A DNA stretch of 64,000 nucleotides from Nitrosopumilus sp. Its GTDB lineage: Archaea > Thermoproteota > Nitrososphaeria > Nitrososphaerales > Nitrosopumilaceae. Shown here one piece after another: positions 52,576 through 61,773 of this stretch; the stretch's first letter is position 1, and each line of letters starts with the position of its first letter. A program made the position numbers and the translations under genes. The notes under the pieces are model-generated. The model was not told the DNA's origin and ran no database searches. It saw only the letters and a list, made by a program, of their open reading frames with translations. The stretch lies in contig OZ244732.1 in the NCBI GenBank assembly GCA_965219345.1, positions 1,408,001 through 1,472,000 on the forward strand. The letters run 5' to 3'.

Positions 52576-53898
52576 CTATAGAGCTTTCATGTGTTTGAAT
52601 AGAGCATAAATTATCACCATAAATGATAATGGCTCTATTGAATTACTAGGTGGCAGGAACGCCAGAATGATGTCTCCCCCGTATGACTCTACGAACTTGA
52701 TGACGTCTCCTGATGCATCATCGTAAAATAAGGCGTATTCAGAGATTATGACTTCGCCTCCTTTTGCCATGCCCCATATTAATACGGTATATGCCCCTGA
52801 ACCATGCTCTGAGAGTATGGTCGAGATGTCAGATGTCACGCTCAGGTTATTTTGGGATGACTCCCATCTGTCGGCAACGAGGAACGGGACTGTCCATACA
52901 GACGTGTTGTCTGTCCTCTGGCTGTTCTTCAGGGCCTGTCGGTGAGCCGCAATCGAGTCCTCGACGGATTTAGGCTCTGGGGTGTCGGGGGAGACATGGT
53001 ATGGATCTGGGCATTTTGAGGAGGAGCGTTCCTGATACGAGTCGTCACTGTAGTATGAACCCGGAGGAGGAGGGGACACTATTGCAGCTACCGGAAATCC
53101 GTAATCATAGCAGTAGGTGTTGGCAAGTTGGCCCTGTGTGAGTCCGTGTGGGGGTGGGTCATACAGTATCTGTACCGAAGAATCACCCGAAATCATGGCG
53201 CCGTTTTTTGTGGTGACAGAAAAGGATAGAATTTCATCGTCTATGGACGGCTTTTTGGAAAATAGCACGTAATCGTACTCAAAATGCTGGACCACCATCA
53301 TGTTATAATCGTTCCATGCCAAGCCGATGTTTACCCAAGAATGATGCGGATCAAGAATGTTATCACGGTGTCCAAGGCTTGACATGAGATCTGCCATGGA
53401 CTCTGACACTACTGCCTTGGGCTGTGTGGTGGCATAGTTGTCCCACGGCTTTATGCAGTAGTTTAGTCCGGAGATGTTTTCCGCGTTGTACTGGTAACCC
53501 CCAGCAAGCGAGTATCTCATGTAAGGTTTGAGGCCGTTAGTACCCCAATGCGCAGAGGAGCAGCTTCCAAGCATGTCGTTTGCGTGGGACTGCGCTGCCG
53601 TGTTTTTTCCAAGTTTGAGGGGTTCAAGCCCAACTGCGGCGCGTTCTGCATTGATTAGATCTAGCATGTCCGTCCTTAATTCAGCAACACTGACTGCCGC
53701 ATGGAGTGATTTGTCTTCTACGGATTCATATGTCCCACGTGCCGGTTCTAACGGTTCTGACAGCGACCAGTTGTTATATGTAAATATGCCGATGGTCAAA
53801 ATAGAAATGGTTGCCAAAGCTACAATGGTAGCCATTCTACGGCCTCTTCTGTGGGGTCTGCCATGTTTTTTGTATCGATACGGCTTGTATTGTCTCAT
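52576..53898 (-). CDS. CAP/SCP-domain membrane-anchored protein
   Basis: LINAER..GL.PL...AAQSHA.DM, AENI, S.GHR.NIL; higher GC than its neighbours. Confidence 0.88.
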   Translation of the reverse strand: MRQYKPYRYKKHGRPHRRGRRMATIVALATISILTIGIFTYNNWSLSEPLEPARGTYESVEDKSLHAAVSVAELRTDMLDLINAERAAVGLEPLKLGKNTAAQSHANDMLGSCSSAHWGTNGLKPYMRYSLAGGYQYNAENISGLNYCIKPWDNYATTQPKAVVSESMADLMSSLGHRDNILDPHHSWVNIGLAWNDYNMMVVQHFEYDYVLFSKKPSIDDEILSFSVTTKNGAMISGDSSVQILYDPPPHGLTQGQLANTYCYDYGFPVAAIVSPPPPGSYYSDDSYQERSSSKCPDPYHVSPDTPEPKSVEDSIAAHRQALKNSQRTDNTSVWTVPFLVADRWESSQNNLSVTSDISTILSEHGSGAYTVLIWGMAKGGEVIISEYALFYDDASGDVIKFVESYGGDIILAFLPPSNSIEPLSFMVIIYALFKHMKAL

Positions 53899-54685
53899 TT
53901 TGGCTCAGCATACAGGTTTCTAGGCCGTACTGTTGTGACGCCATGCCCTACCAGATACGTGAAAACTGGTGCTTTATTATAATACAAAACCAGCTCTGGA
54001 GTGATATCGTCATGTTCTAGTTCGGACGATTTAAGACGCTTGTTTATTGTCTTGAATGTATCTCCTGTGCGGCCAATCGCTAGAGTTATGTGAAACTTGA
54101 AACCGTTCTTGCTATCACGATCGTATTGCGTTGCTTGGGAGTGTAACAACAGCAACTGTGTAATGTCGTACCTTAACTGTTTTAGCAATTCGTTAGGTTT
54201 TACTTTGGCAAATATGATGCCACTGCCCTGCTTGAACCATTTGAGCCATCCACTTTGGTCAAAAGATGAAAACCCCCCCCCGTTGAAAATCTTGCTTCCG
54301 GGTATTTTTTGCTCATGGTTATTATCGTGCTTATTAGTTGCTGTCTTCTCATGCGCGTTGAGAATGGACCGAACAGGGTTATGTGTGGGAAACGTCTTCG
54401 CCTGTCAAAACCATGCTGAACATCGTTCATATAATTCCATACATCTGACCGCAGGTCACCACGCAGTCTAATACCAATTAGCCATGGTGTCCGTGATTTT
54501 ATTGTTCGTGCTGGCCTAGATCTCATCTGGTTAGGATTTCGCCTTCTAGGGTTCTTAGTCTGTGTATTTCTCTGCCTCCTGCCTGCTTTGCCATGTGCTT
54601 CTGATCGACTTTGCCAAGTTTTACGCTGTGTTTTTGCTTGCCGGTTTGTTTCATCATAAATCCGGCGTTGTTCCTGCCTGGTCAT
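53895..54685 (-). pseudogene. 2H phosphoesterase (2'-5' RNA ligase-like), split at a G9 tract
   Basis: PHITLFGPF in ORF 54200-54685 and FHITLA in ORF 53895-54188; the frame break is at C9 (54273-54281). Confidence 0.75.
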
Positions 54686-54725
54686 CGTATTCTAGTTTAT
54701 TAGTATTACGTCCATGTTTTTCAAC

Positions 54726-55915
54726 TGTGGGATCCTGAAAGTAGTATACCCCCTATCTGACATCGTATTCCTCTCCCGTTTGTTCGTCAATAACTGTTTG
54801 TCCTGGGGATGGCATCTTTCTGGTGAATGCCCGCGCCGGTGTCTCTAGGTTGTCCAGATCAAGTGACATGTGTGGCCGGTCGTGGTTGAACCATTCCACA
54901 AACCGCTCCACGGGATCCGTCTTTGGTTTCGTGTTGAACGGTCCGCCCACACGGTCCGTCTCGGATCCTGCTGAACGCACCGTTCTGTAGGCCGACTCCT
55001 CCTCGAAGAGGTGCAGTTTGCGCTGGAGTTCACCGTGAACCCTCTCGAGCTTGCCGTTTGTCTGCGGGTGTCTTACACGCGCCAGGATCTGCCTGATGCC
55101 CAGCGACACCAGCTCCCGCTCAAATTCGGAGGCGCCTTTCTTCTTGTACTGCCCCTCGTTGGCGTAGAACTGGCTGCCGTGGTCAGTCAGAATGGACGCG
55201 GGTTTGCCGTGCGCCTCCATTGCTGCCCTGAGAACCTCGATTGCGTGCCTGGAGGTGGCCTGATCAAAGACGCCGTATCCGACAATAAACCTGGAGGCGT
55301 CATCCAGATAGGCGATAAACCACCTTCCGTCATCCAGCTGCTTGTAGTCTGTGTGCCACATCGAGTTGGAGTAGGTGCGCTCAAAGCGGATCCACTTGCG
55401 CCTCTTGCTCTTCTTGGGCTGCCTTGCCGACAGGTTGTTGTCCCTCATTATGCCGTGTACGGCATTGTGAGGGATATGTATTCCCTCTTCCTCCTCGATC
55501 AGTCGCTCCGTGCGGACGGCCCCCTGGCGGTGCCTGCAGTGTGCAGAGAGGACCGCAGTGTTCCCTGCGACCCGGAAGACCATTCTCGGGCCTGCCCATG
55601 CTAGCCGGGTAGACTATCCTGTCAGGTTCCACACCCTTGTACCTGGCCCACAGTTTCTTTACCCAGATCTCGGAGATGCCCATGGTATCTGCAATCTGTC
55701 TGTTGGTCGTTTTGCCGGCCTTCTTCTGCAGGATTATCCACTTTACCTTTGACTCGTCAAGTTTTCTCATGACCCTGATGCGGCGCCTTCCGATATGTCT
55801 CCACCTCTGTGTGCGCTTTAGGAACCCACGCACCATCATCTCAATTCTGCGTCTTGCTTCAGTCAGTATGCGTCCCTCCTATTTTGAGGGGGTATACTAC
55901 TTTCTGGACTATACA
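54726..55915 (-). mobile_element. IS481-family insertion sequence with 15-bp TSD
   Basis: IRs TGT...GAAAGTAGTATACCCC at both ends; TCCATGTTTTTCAAC at 54711-54725 and 55916-55930. Confidence 0.92.
54753..55770 (-). pseudogene. IS481 transposase, frameshifted near 55560
   Basis: HTH ORF plus MWHTDY, LDDASR, LTDHGSQF, HPQTNGKLER. Confidence 0.88.
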
Positions 55916-56108
55916 TCCATGTTTTTCAACATATCGTGACTTGTGTTTAGTAGAAATTTGCTTAAAACGCTTGGTTTTGTCTTGGACGTTACGTCTATTC
56001 TCTTTGGCATGTTTCAATTTTTTCCTGTTTTTCTGATATGAGTTGGTTTTGGGTATGTCTTGCTCATAGGCAGGTACCAGAGCAGGATTGATGAGGCATA
56101 AGTGTAAG

Positions 56109-56362
56109 GGCGACCTTGGATGCTGTCGGATCAGAAATTTGAACAGCAGGGTCGCCAGCTCACTTTCGGACGGCAGGGCGATACAGGTCACTACCTTTGG
56201 ACAGCTAGGGATCAGTAATTTGAACAGCAGGGTCGCCGACTCACTTTCGGACGGCAGGACAGGATCTTGGGTTTTGGTGAAAATGCACAGAGTCGAATCC
56301 GGAGAAGATCTTAAAACACACTTTCGGACGGCAGACACCGGAGATCACCTAATTTGAACAGA
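56109..56362. repeat. Imperfect ~81-bp tandem repeat with hairpin potential
   Basis: AATTTGAACAGCAGGGTCGCC..CTCACTTTCGGACGGCAGG at 56136 and 56217, with partial copies at ~56319 and ~56351. Confidence 0.75.
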
Positions 56363-56724
56363 GCCTCAATTTTGGTGATCCAGTATTCCAAAATCGTGTG
56401 TCTAATCTATCTATTCCTAACACTAGGCAGGTTAGCAGAGTCAATTTACCTACCTGTATTTTGAGTACTTTGAGGATGGAACTACCAGGCAGAAGTACTG
56501 CGGGCCGGAAGGAACCAAGAAAGCTAAGCATCTCACGATTTTGGAATATAGTTTGAACATAAATAGCGATTCTGCAAGAATATAGAGTGGAAGCAGAAAC
56601 TGAGAGTTCGGATTGCATATTTAAAAAAATACATAGATGGTAGAAATCAAAGTCAAAAGAGGAAAGAAGCAGCATCATAAATCTTGTCGTTACGCTATAC
56701 TCCATACCTGCCGTAGGCATACTC

Positions 56725-57033
56725 TTGCTGCTGTTCCTGACTGGAAACCTCACCGATGATAAGAATGCATTCTCATGGAAGAATTTGTGGTCTTTTGCAA
56801 GTTTCTTTTATTGGGCAGAAATATCTGAGCATTATAAGTCTAGTTCTAGATCTGATATTGGATTTTTAAAAAATCTATTCCACCATAATGGGGGATATCA
56901 CTACATTCATCGTATGTATCCGACAATTCCTTGGTACAAGTTGCGAGAAGCTCATAAATCATTAACTCCAGATGATACTGATATCTCAACTGGATTTATT
57001 GATACATATCGTCAAATGAAGAAAAATCAATAG
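56725..57033 (+). pseudogene. Fatty-acid-desaturase-like C-terminal fragment
   Basis: YHYIHRMYPTIPWYKL resembles the third His box; the other boxes are degenerate or absent. Confidence 0.6.
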
Positions 57034-57088
57034 CATATTTTTAAAAAATTAATCAATTTAAAATAGGCATAAAGTTATCCTATTTTAG

Positions 57089-57484
57089 ATGAAAATTGAT
57101 CATATTGCAATTGCAGTGAATGATGTAGAGGAATCCGCCAAAATATACCAACAAGCACTAGGTGTTGATAGTGTAGAATTTGAAACAGTAAAAACTGAAG
57201 GTGTCAAAGTTGCAATCCTTCATTTAGAAAATGGGCGAATCGAATTAATGCAGCCAACAAATGATACTAGTCCAATCAAAAAATTCTTGGAGAAAAAAGG
57301 ACAAGGCCTACATCATCTAGCGTTAGAGACTGATAACATTGAAGGTGAAGTAGAACGAATGGAAGGTTGTGGAATACAGTTCTTAGGTAAAATACGACCT
57401 GGTTCTGCAGGAACTAAAGTTACTTTTATTCACCCAAAATCCCTTTACGGTGTATTGACAGAGCTTTGCTCTCATCCTAAATAA
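57089..57484 (+). CDS. mce: Methylmalonyl-CoA epimerase
   Basis: IDHIAIAV, IELMQP, GLHHLA, FIHPK..GVL.E. Confidence 0.95.
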   Translation: MKIDHIAIAVNDVEESAKIYQQALGVDSVEFETVKTEGVKVAILHLENGRIELMQPTNDTSPIKKFLEKKGQGLHHLALETDNIEGEVERMEGCGIQFLGKIRPGSAGTKVTFIHPKSLYGVLTELCSHPK

Positions 57485-58042
57485 TTATTCCATCATCTTC
57501 AAAGTATCAGAAGCTGTGATGATTCCTACAATTTTTGATTTCTTTGAAACCAGAATACACTTTGAATATCTGATTAAAGGTACAAGAACATTTGCTGGAG
57601 TATCATAGTCTACTATTGGTGGAACAGGATCCATTGTATCGGCAAGTTTAGCTTTTTTCAATTCTATCTCTCCTATGTCTGCTAGGTGTTTTACAATCCC
57701 TTCTTCAGATATTACCCCAACAATCTCCGAATTACTAAAAACAGGAATCTGGCTGATTGATAATTGATGCATCTTTTTGATTGCATCATGAAGTGTATTT
57801 ATTGGCTTTAGTTTTACAATATCTTTACTACAAAAATCACCAGCAGTATGAGAAGATGACTCTCCTTCTAGTTTTGCAAGATTCTCAAAAATTTTCTTTG
57901 CTGTCTCATAACTAGGTTGACTTCTTCCAGATTCTATCTGGTTAATCATTGAGGTACTAATCCCTGTCATAGTGGCAAGTTTTTTCTGAGTGATGCCTAT
58001 TTTCTGTCTTATCTGCTTGATAGAGTCTATTCTAGGTAACAA
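57485..58042 (-). CDS. HTH-XRE / CBS-pair transcriptional regulator
   Basis: GITQKKLA...INQIESGR HTH plus two CBS domains. Confidence 0.93.
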   Translation of the reverse strand: MLPRIDSIKQIRQKIGITQKKLATMTGISTSMINQIESGRSQPSYETAKKIFENLAKLEGESSSHTAGDFCSKDIVKLKPINTLHDAIKKMHQLSISQIPVFSNSEIVGVISEEGIVKHLADIGEIELKKAKLADTMDPVPPIVDYDTPANVLVPLIRYSKCILVSKKSKIVGIITASDTLKMME

Positions 58043-58079
58043 TTCGTTTAGAAATAGTTCTAATTGGTTTTAAAATGTA

Positions 58080-60761
58080 TTATTTTTTCTTTGATCTTGT
58101 CTTTTTTGGTTGTTCAATTGCTGCTTGGGCTGCTGCAACAATTGCAATTGGAATTCTATGTGGTGATGCACTTACATAACTAAGACCTTCGCCATGGCAG
58201 AACTTTATAGAGTTTGGGTCTCCACCGTGTTCTCCACATATTCCAATCTCCATGTTTGGTCTAACTTTACGTCCCATGCCAATACCAATTTTCATTAAAC
58301 TGCCAACCCCATTCACATCAATTGACTGGAATGGATTTCTTTCAAGCAACTCTTTTTCCATATATTCTGGAAGAAATTTTCCTTCAACATCTTCTCTACT
58401 GAAACTAAATGTTCCCTGCGTCAAGTCATTTGTACCAAAACTAAAGAATTCAGCCGTATCTACAAGCTCATTTGCAGTCAATGCTGCTCTCACTACTTCG
58501 ATCATAGTTCCAAAGTTAGCTGCTAATTTCATTTTGTGTTTGGTTTCCATCTCTTTTTTGATGGAATCATAAATTTTCTTGATGTGATTTAATTCAGCAA
58601 TACTACTAATTTGTGGAATCATAATTTGTGGATGAGCTTTTACTTTCTTCTTTGTTAATTCCACTAGTGCTTCAAAGACTGCACGAATTTGCATCTCATA
58701 AATTTCTGGATATGTAATTCCAACCCTTACTCCTCTATGCCCCATCATTGGATTAACTTCTGCAAGTTCTCTTGCTCTTTTTAGAATAATCTTTGCTTCT
58801 TTAATCTCACTTGTTGCTTTCTTTAATTCTAATTTGTGAATCTTTTCTGCCAGTTCTTCTGGATTTGGTAAGAATTCATGTAATGGTGGATCTAGTAATC
58901 TGATTGTAACCTCATACCCTTCCATTTCCTTTAAAATTTCAATAAAGTCGCTCTTTTGTAGCTGGCCTAATTTTTTGAGAACTTTAGTTCGCTCCTCTAT
59001 GTTTTCGGCCATTATCATATCCACAAACAAACCAATTCTATCACTTCCATTGAACATTCTCTCTGTTCTGCACAGGCCAATTCCTTGACCTCCAAACTTT
59101 CTTCCAAGTTTTGCACCTTCTGGTGTATCTGCATTTGCTCTAATTCCTATCTTCTTTGCTTTTTGTGCCCATTCTAAAATTTGTGTAAAGTCTGAAGTGA
59201 TTTTGGGTTCTATAGTTGGAATATCTCCCATGTACACAATACCTGAACTACCATCAATTGTGATAGCATCTCCCTCTCGAACTATTTTCCCGTTGGCACT
59301 ACACTGTTTATTTTCATAATCAAATTTCAAATCAGCACATCCGACAATACATGGCTTCCCCATTCCCCTAGCAACAACTGCAGCATGAGATGTTTTACCT
59401 CCTCTACTGGTTAGAATTCCTACCGATTCAAAGAATGCCGGAACGTCTTCAGGCTTTGTCTCTTCTCTAATTAGAATTACATTAGCGCCATTCTCTCCCA
59501 TCGCAGTTGCTCTTTTAACATCAAATACAGCAATTCCACTTGCTGCACCTGGAGACGCTGCAATTCCTTTTGCTATCTGTGTATAATTCTTGACGGCTTT
59601 AGGATCCATTGTTTTGTGAAGTAATTGCTCTAGTTGTTCAGCCTGAAGTCTTGTTAATGCATGGTTTTTGTTAATTAATTTTTCTTTAACCATATCAACT
59701 GATGTCTTTACCATAGCTACTGCATTCATCTTTGCATTTCTTGTTTGAAGTAAATAGAATTTTCCTTCTTCAATTGTAAATTCGATATCTTGTGGTTCTT
59801 TGTAGTGTTTTTCTAGTCTTTCACATGTCTCTGCTAATTGCTTGTATGATTCTGGGAGTTCTTTTTTCATTCCATCTACTTGTTTTCCTGTTCTCACACC
59901 CGCAACTACATCTTCACCTTGGGCATTAACTAAATATTCACCATAAATATGACGTGTTCCATCTTCTGGACTTCTTGTGAATACAACACCTGTTGCACTA
60001 CTATCTCCCATATTTCCAAATATCATGGACACAATATTTACTGCAGTGCCATCGGCAATATCTTTTGTAATGTTGTTTTTCTCTCTGTACACTATTGCTC
60101 TTTCTCCCATCCAACTTCCAAACACTGCTTTAATTGCAAGCTCGACTTGTTCTGTAGGATCTGTTGGAAATTTTTTCCCTGTATGCTTATCACAAATTTT
60201 CTTGTATTGTTCTACTATTGCTTCTAGAGATTTTTCGTTTAAATCACTGTCCATCTCTACATTTTGTCTCTTCTTTGCAGCATCTAAGACCTCATCAAAT
60301 CTCTTATCATCTACTCCGAACACAACTTTTCCAAACAGCTGAATGAATCTTCTATAGGAATCCCATGCAAATCTTGAATTACTGCTCTTTTCAGCTAGTC
60401 CAATTACTGTCTGATCATTTAGTCCCAAATTCAAGATGGTATCCATCATCCCAGGCATAGAAATTGCTGCACCTGATCTTACTGACACTAGTAAAGGATT
60501 TGATTTAGAGTTCCATTTTTTCCCTGTCTTTCTTTCAATTTTAGCAATATTCTTTTTTACATCTGCCATGAGTGTTTTTGGCAGTTCATTGTTATTTTCA
60601 TAATATTTTTTGCAAACTTCAGTTGTAATTGTAAATCCGGGCGGTACTGGCAACTTTAGTCTAGTCATCTCACACAGGCCAGCTCCTTTTCCACCTAGGA
60701 GTTTCTTGTTTTTACCGTCTCCCTCATCATAAAAGTAAACTAGTTTCATTTTTACAATCAA
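58080..60761 (-). CDS. ppdK: Pyruvate phosphate dikinase
   Basis: LLGGKGAGL, SVRSGA.SMPGMMDT, TSHAAVVARG, FSFGTNDLTQ. Confidence 0.98.
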   Translation of the reverse strand: MIVKMKLVYFYDEGDGKNKKLLGGKGAGLCEMTRLKLPVPPGFTITTEVCKKYYENNNELPKTLMADVKKNIAKIERKTGKKWNSKSNPLLVSVRSGAAISMPGMMDTILNLGLNDQTVIGLAEKSSNSRFAWDSYRRFIQLFGKVVFGVDDKRFDEVLDAAKKRQNVEMDSDLNEKSLEAIVEQYKKICDKHTGKKFPTDPTEQVELAIKAVFGSWMGERAIVYREKNNITKDIADGTAVNIVSMIFGNMGDSSATGVVFTRSPEDGTRHIYGEYLVNAQGEDVVAGVRTGKQVDGMKKELPESYKQLAETCERLEKHYKEPQDIEFTIEEGKFYLLQTRNAKMNAVAMVKTSVDMVKEKLINKNHALTRLQAEQLEQLLHKTMDPKAVKNYTQIAKGIAASPGAASGIAVFDVKRATAMGENGANVILIREETKPEDVPAFFESVGILTSRGGKTSHAAVVARGMGKPCIVGCADLKFDYENKQCSANGKIVREGDAITIDGSSGIVYMGDIPTIEPKITSDFTQILEWAQKAKKIGIRANADTPEGAKLGRKFGGQGIGLCRTERMFNGSDRIGLFVDMIMAENIEERTKVLKKLGQLQKSDFIEILKEMEGYEVTIRLLDPPLHEFLPNPEELAEKIHKLELKKATSEIKEAKIILKRARELAEVNPMMGHRGVRVGITYPEIYEMQIRAVFEALVELTKKKVKAHPQIMIPQISSIAELNHIKKIYDSIKKEMETKHKMKLAANFGTMIEVVRAALTANELVDTAEFFSFGTNDLTQGTFSFSREDVEGKFLPEYMEKELLERNPFQSIDVNGVGSLMKIGIGMGRKVRPNMEIGICGEHGGDPNSIKFCHGEGLSYVSASPHRIPIAIVAAAQAAIEQPKKTRSKKK

Positions 60762-60781
60762 CCAATCCCAAAAAGGGGGTA

Positions 60782-61459
60782 TTAAACCATTGACTTTGCA
60801 AATTCAGTTATTACCTTGTTCCAGTCCTTTGCTTTGATAATTCCGCTTGCAACAAGAATTCCTTTAGAGCCTAACTCTATTGCTTTTGTTACGTCTTCTC
60901 CAGAAACAATTCCTGCACCACAAAGTAGCTTGGTATTGTTTTTTGCACTCTTTACTGCCTCTGCAGCTTTTGTAATTAATCTAGGTTTTTCTTTAGAAAC
61001 TGCCTTTCCTGAACCAATTAGTTCCGGTGGCTCTATTGCAATATAATTTGGATTGAGTTTTGCATATTTTCTTGCTTCTGATACATTCTTGACACATAAT
61101 ACTGAAATCATTTTTAGTTTTTTTAATTTTAAAACAAGTTTCGCAATTTCTTTGCTTGAAATTCTATGTTCACTATGATTGATTAATGATCCTTTTACTT
61201 TTGATTTTTTTAGTAATTCTGGAATTACAAAACCTGTGGTACTTCCTACTTTAGAATTATCAATATGTTGAGCTAAAATTGGAATTGAACTATTTGCAAC
61301 TAATGCAATGAGATGTTGCGGTGGCGCAATTGCAATTTTTACTTTGAATTTTTTAGATACTTTTTCTGCTATTTTTACAAATTTTATGATTTTGTCTCCT
61401 GAAATCTCTTCATAATTTTTACAATTTATCACAAACATCTTCTTTGAACCTTTTTTCAT
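60782..61459 (-). CDS. tpiA: Triosephosphate isomerase (archaeal type)
   Basis: INCKNY, INHSE, IEPPELIG, CGAGI. Confidence 0.96.
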   Translation of the reverse strand: MKKGSKKMFVINCKNYEEISGDKIIKFVKIAEKVSKKFKVKIAIAPPQHLIALVANSSIPILAQHIDNSKVGSTTGFVIPELLKKSKVKGSLINHSEHRISSKEIAKLVLKLKKLKMISVLCVKNVSEARKYAKLNPNYIAIEPPELIGSGKAVSKEKPRLITKAAEAVKSAKNNTKLLCGAGIVSGEDVTKAIELGSKGILVASGIIKAKDWNKVITEFAKSMV

Positions 61460-61765
61460 TTATTTAATCTTTGATTGGGCTTGGGTTGTTTTTGATATCT
61501 TATCATATCTTTTCTTCATTGCTAGAACTATCATCATCAGAACTATTGCTGCAAGATTTGTGCCCATGATAAACACATCTGATACTATGATTCCATAAAT
61601 TAACCACAAAATTGCCCCAGCAGAGATAAAGATCATTAGAAATTTTGAAACGTCTTTGAGACTCTTTGTTTTGTATCCTTTGTAAATTTGTTCTACCCAT
61701 CCAATAAGAATCAAAATTCCCGCTACAGTTCCAAGTAAAGTCAGTAGAACTCCATCAATTTCCAT
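61460..61765 (-). CDS. SemiSWEET/PQ-loop membrane protein
   Basis: Three TM segments; QIYK.YKTKS.KDVS...LWLIYG. Confidence 0.8.
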   Translation of the reverse strand: MEIDGVLLTLLGTVAGILILIGWVEQIYKGYKTKSLKDVSKFLMIFISAGAILWLIYGIIVSDVFIMGTNLAAIVLMMIVLAMKKRYDKISKTTQAQSKIK

Positions 61766-61773
61766 ACTTTACA

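Noticed and set aside
56085-56180. Hammerhead ribozyme
   Set aside because: TTGATGAG...GAAA lacks the CTGA core and I could not build the required stems.
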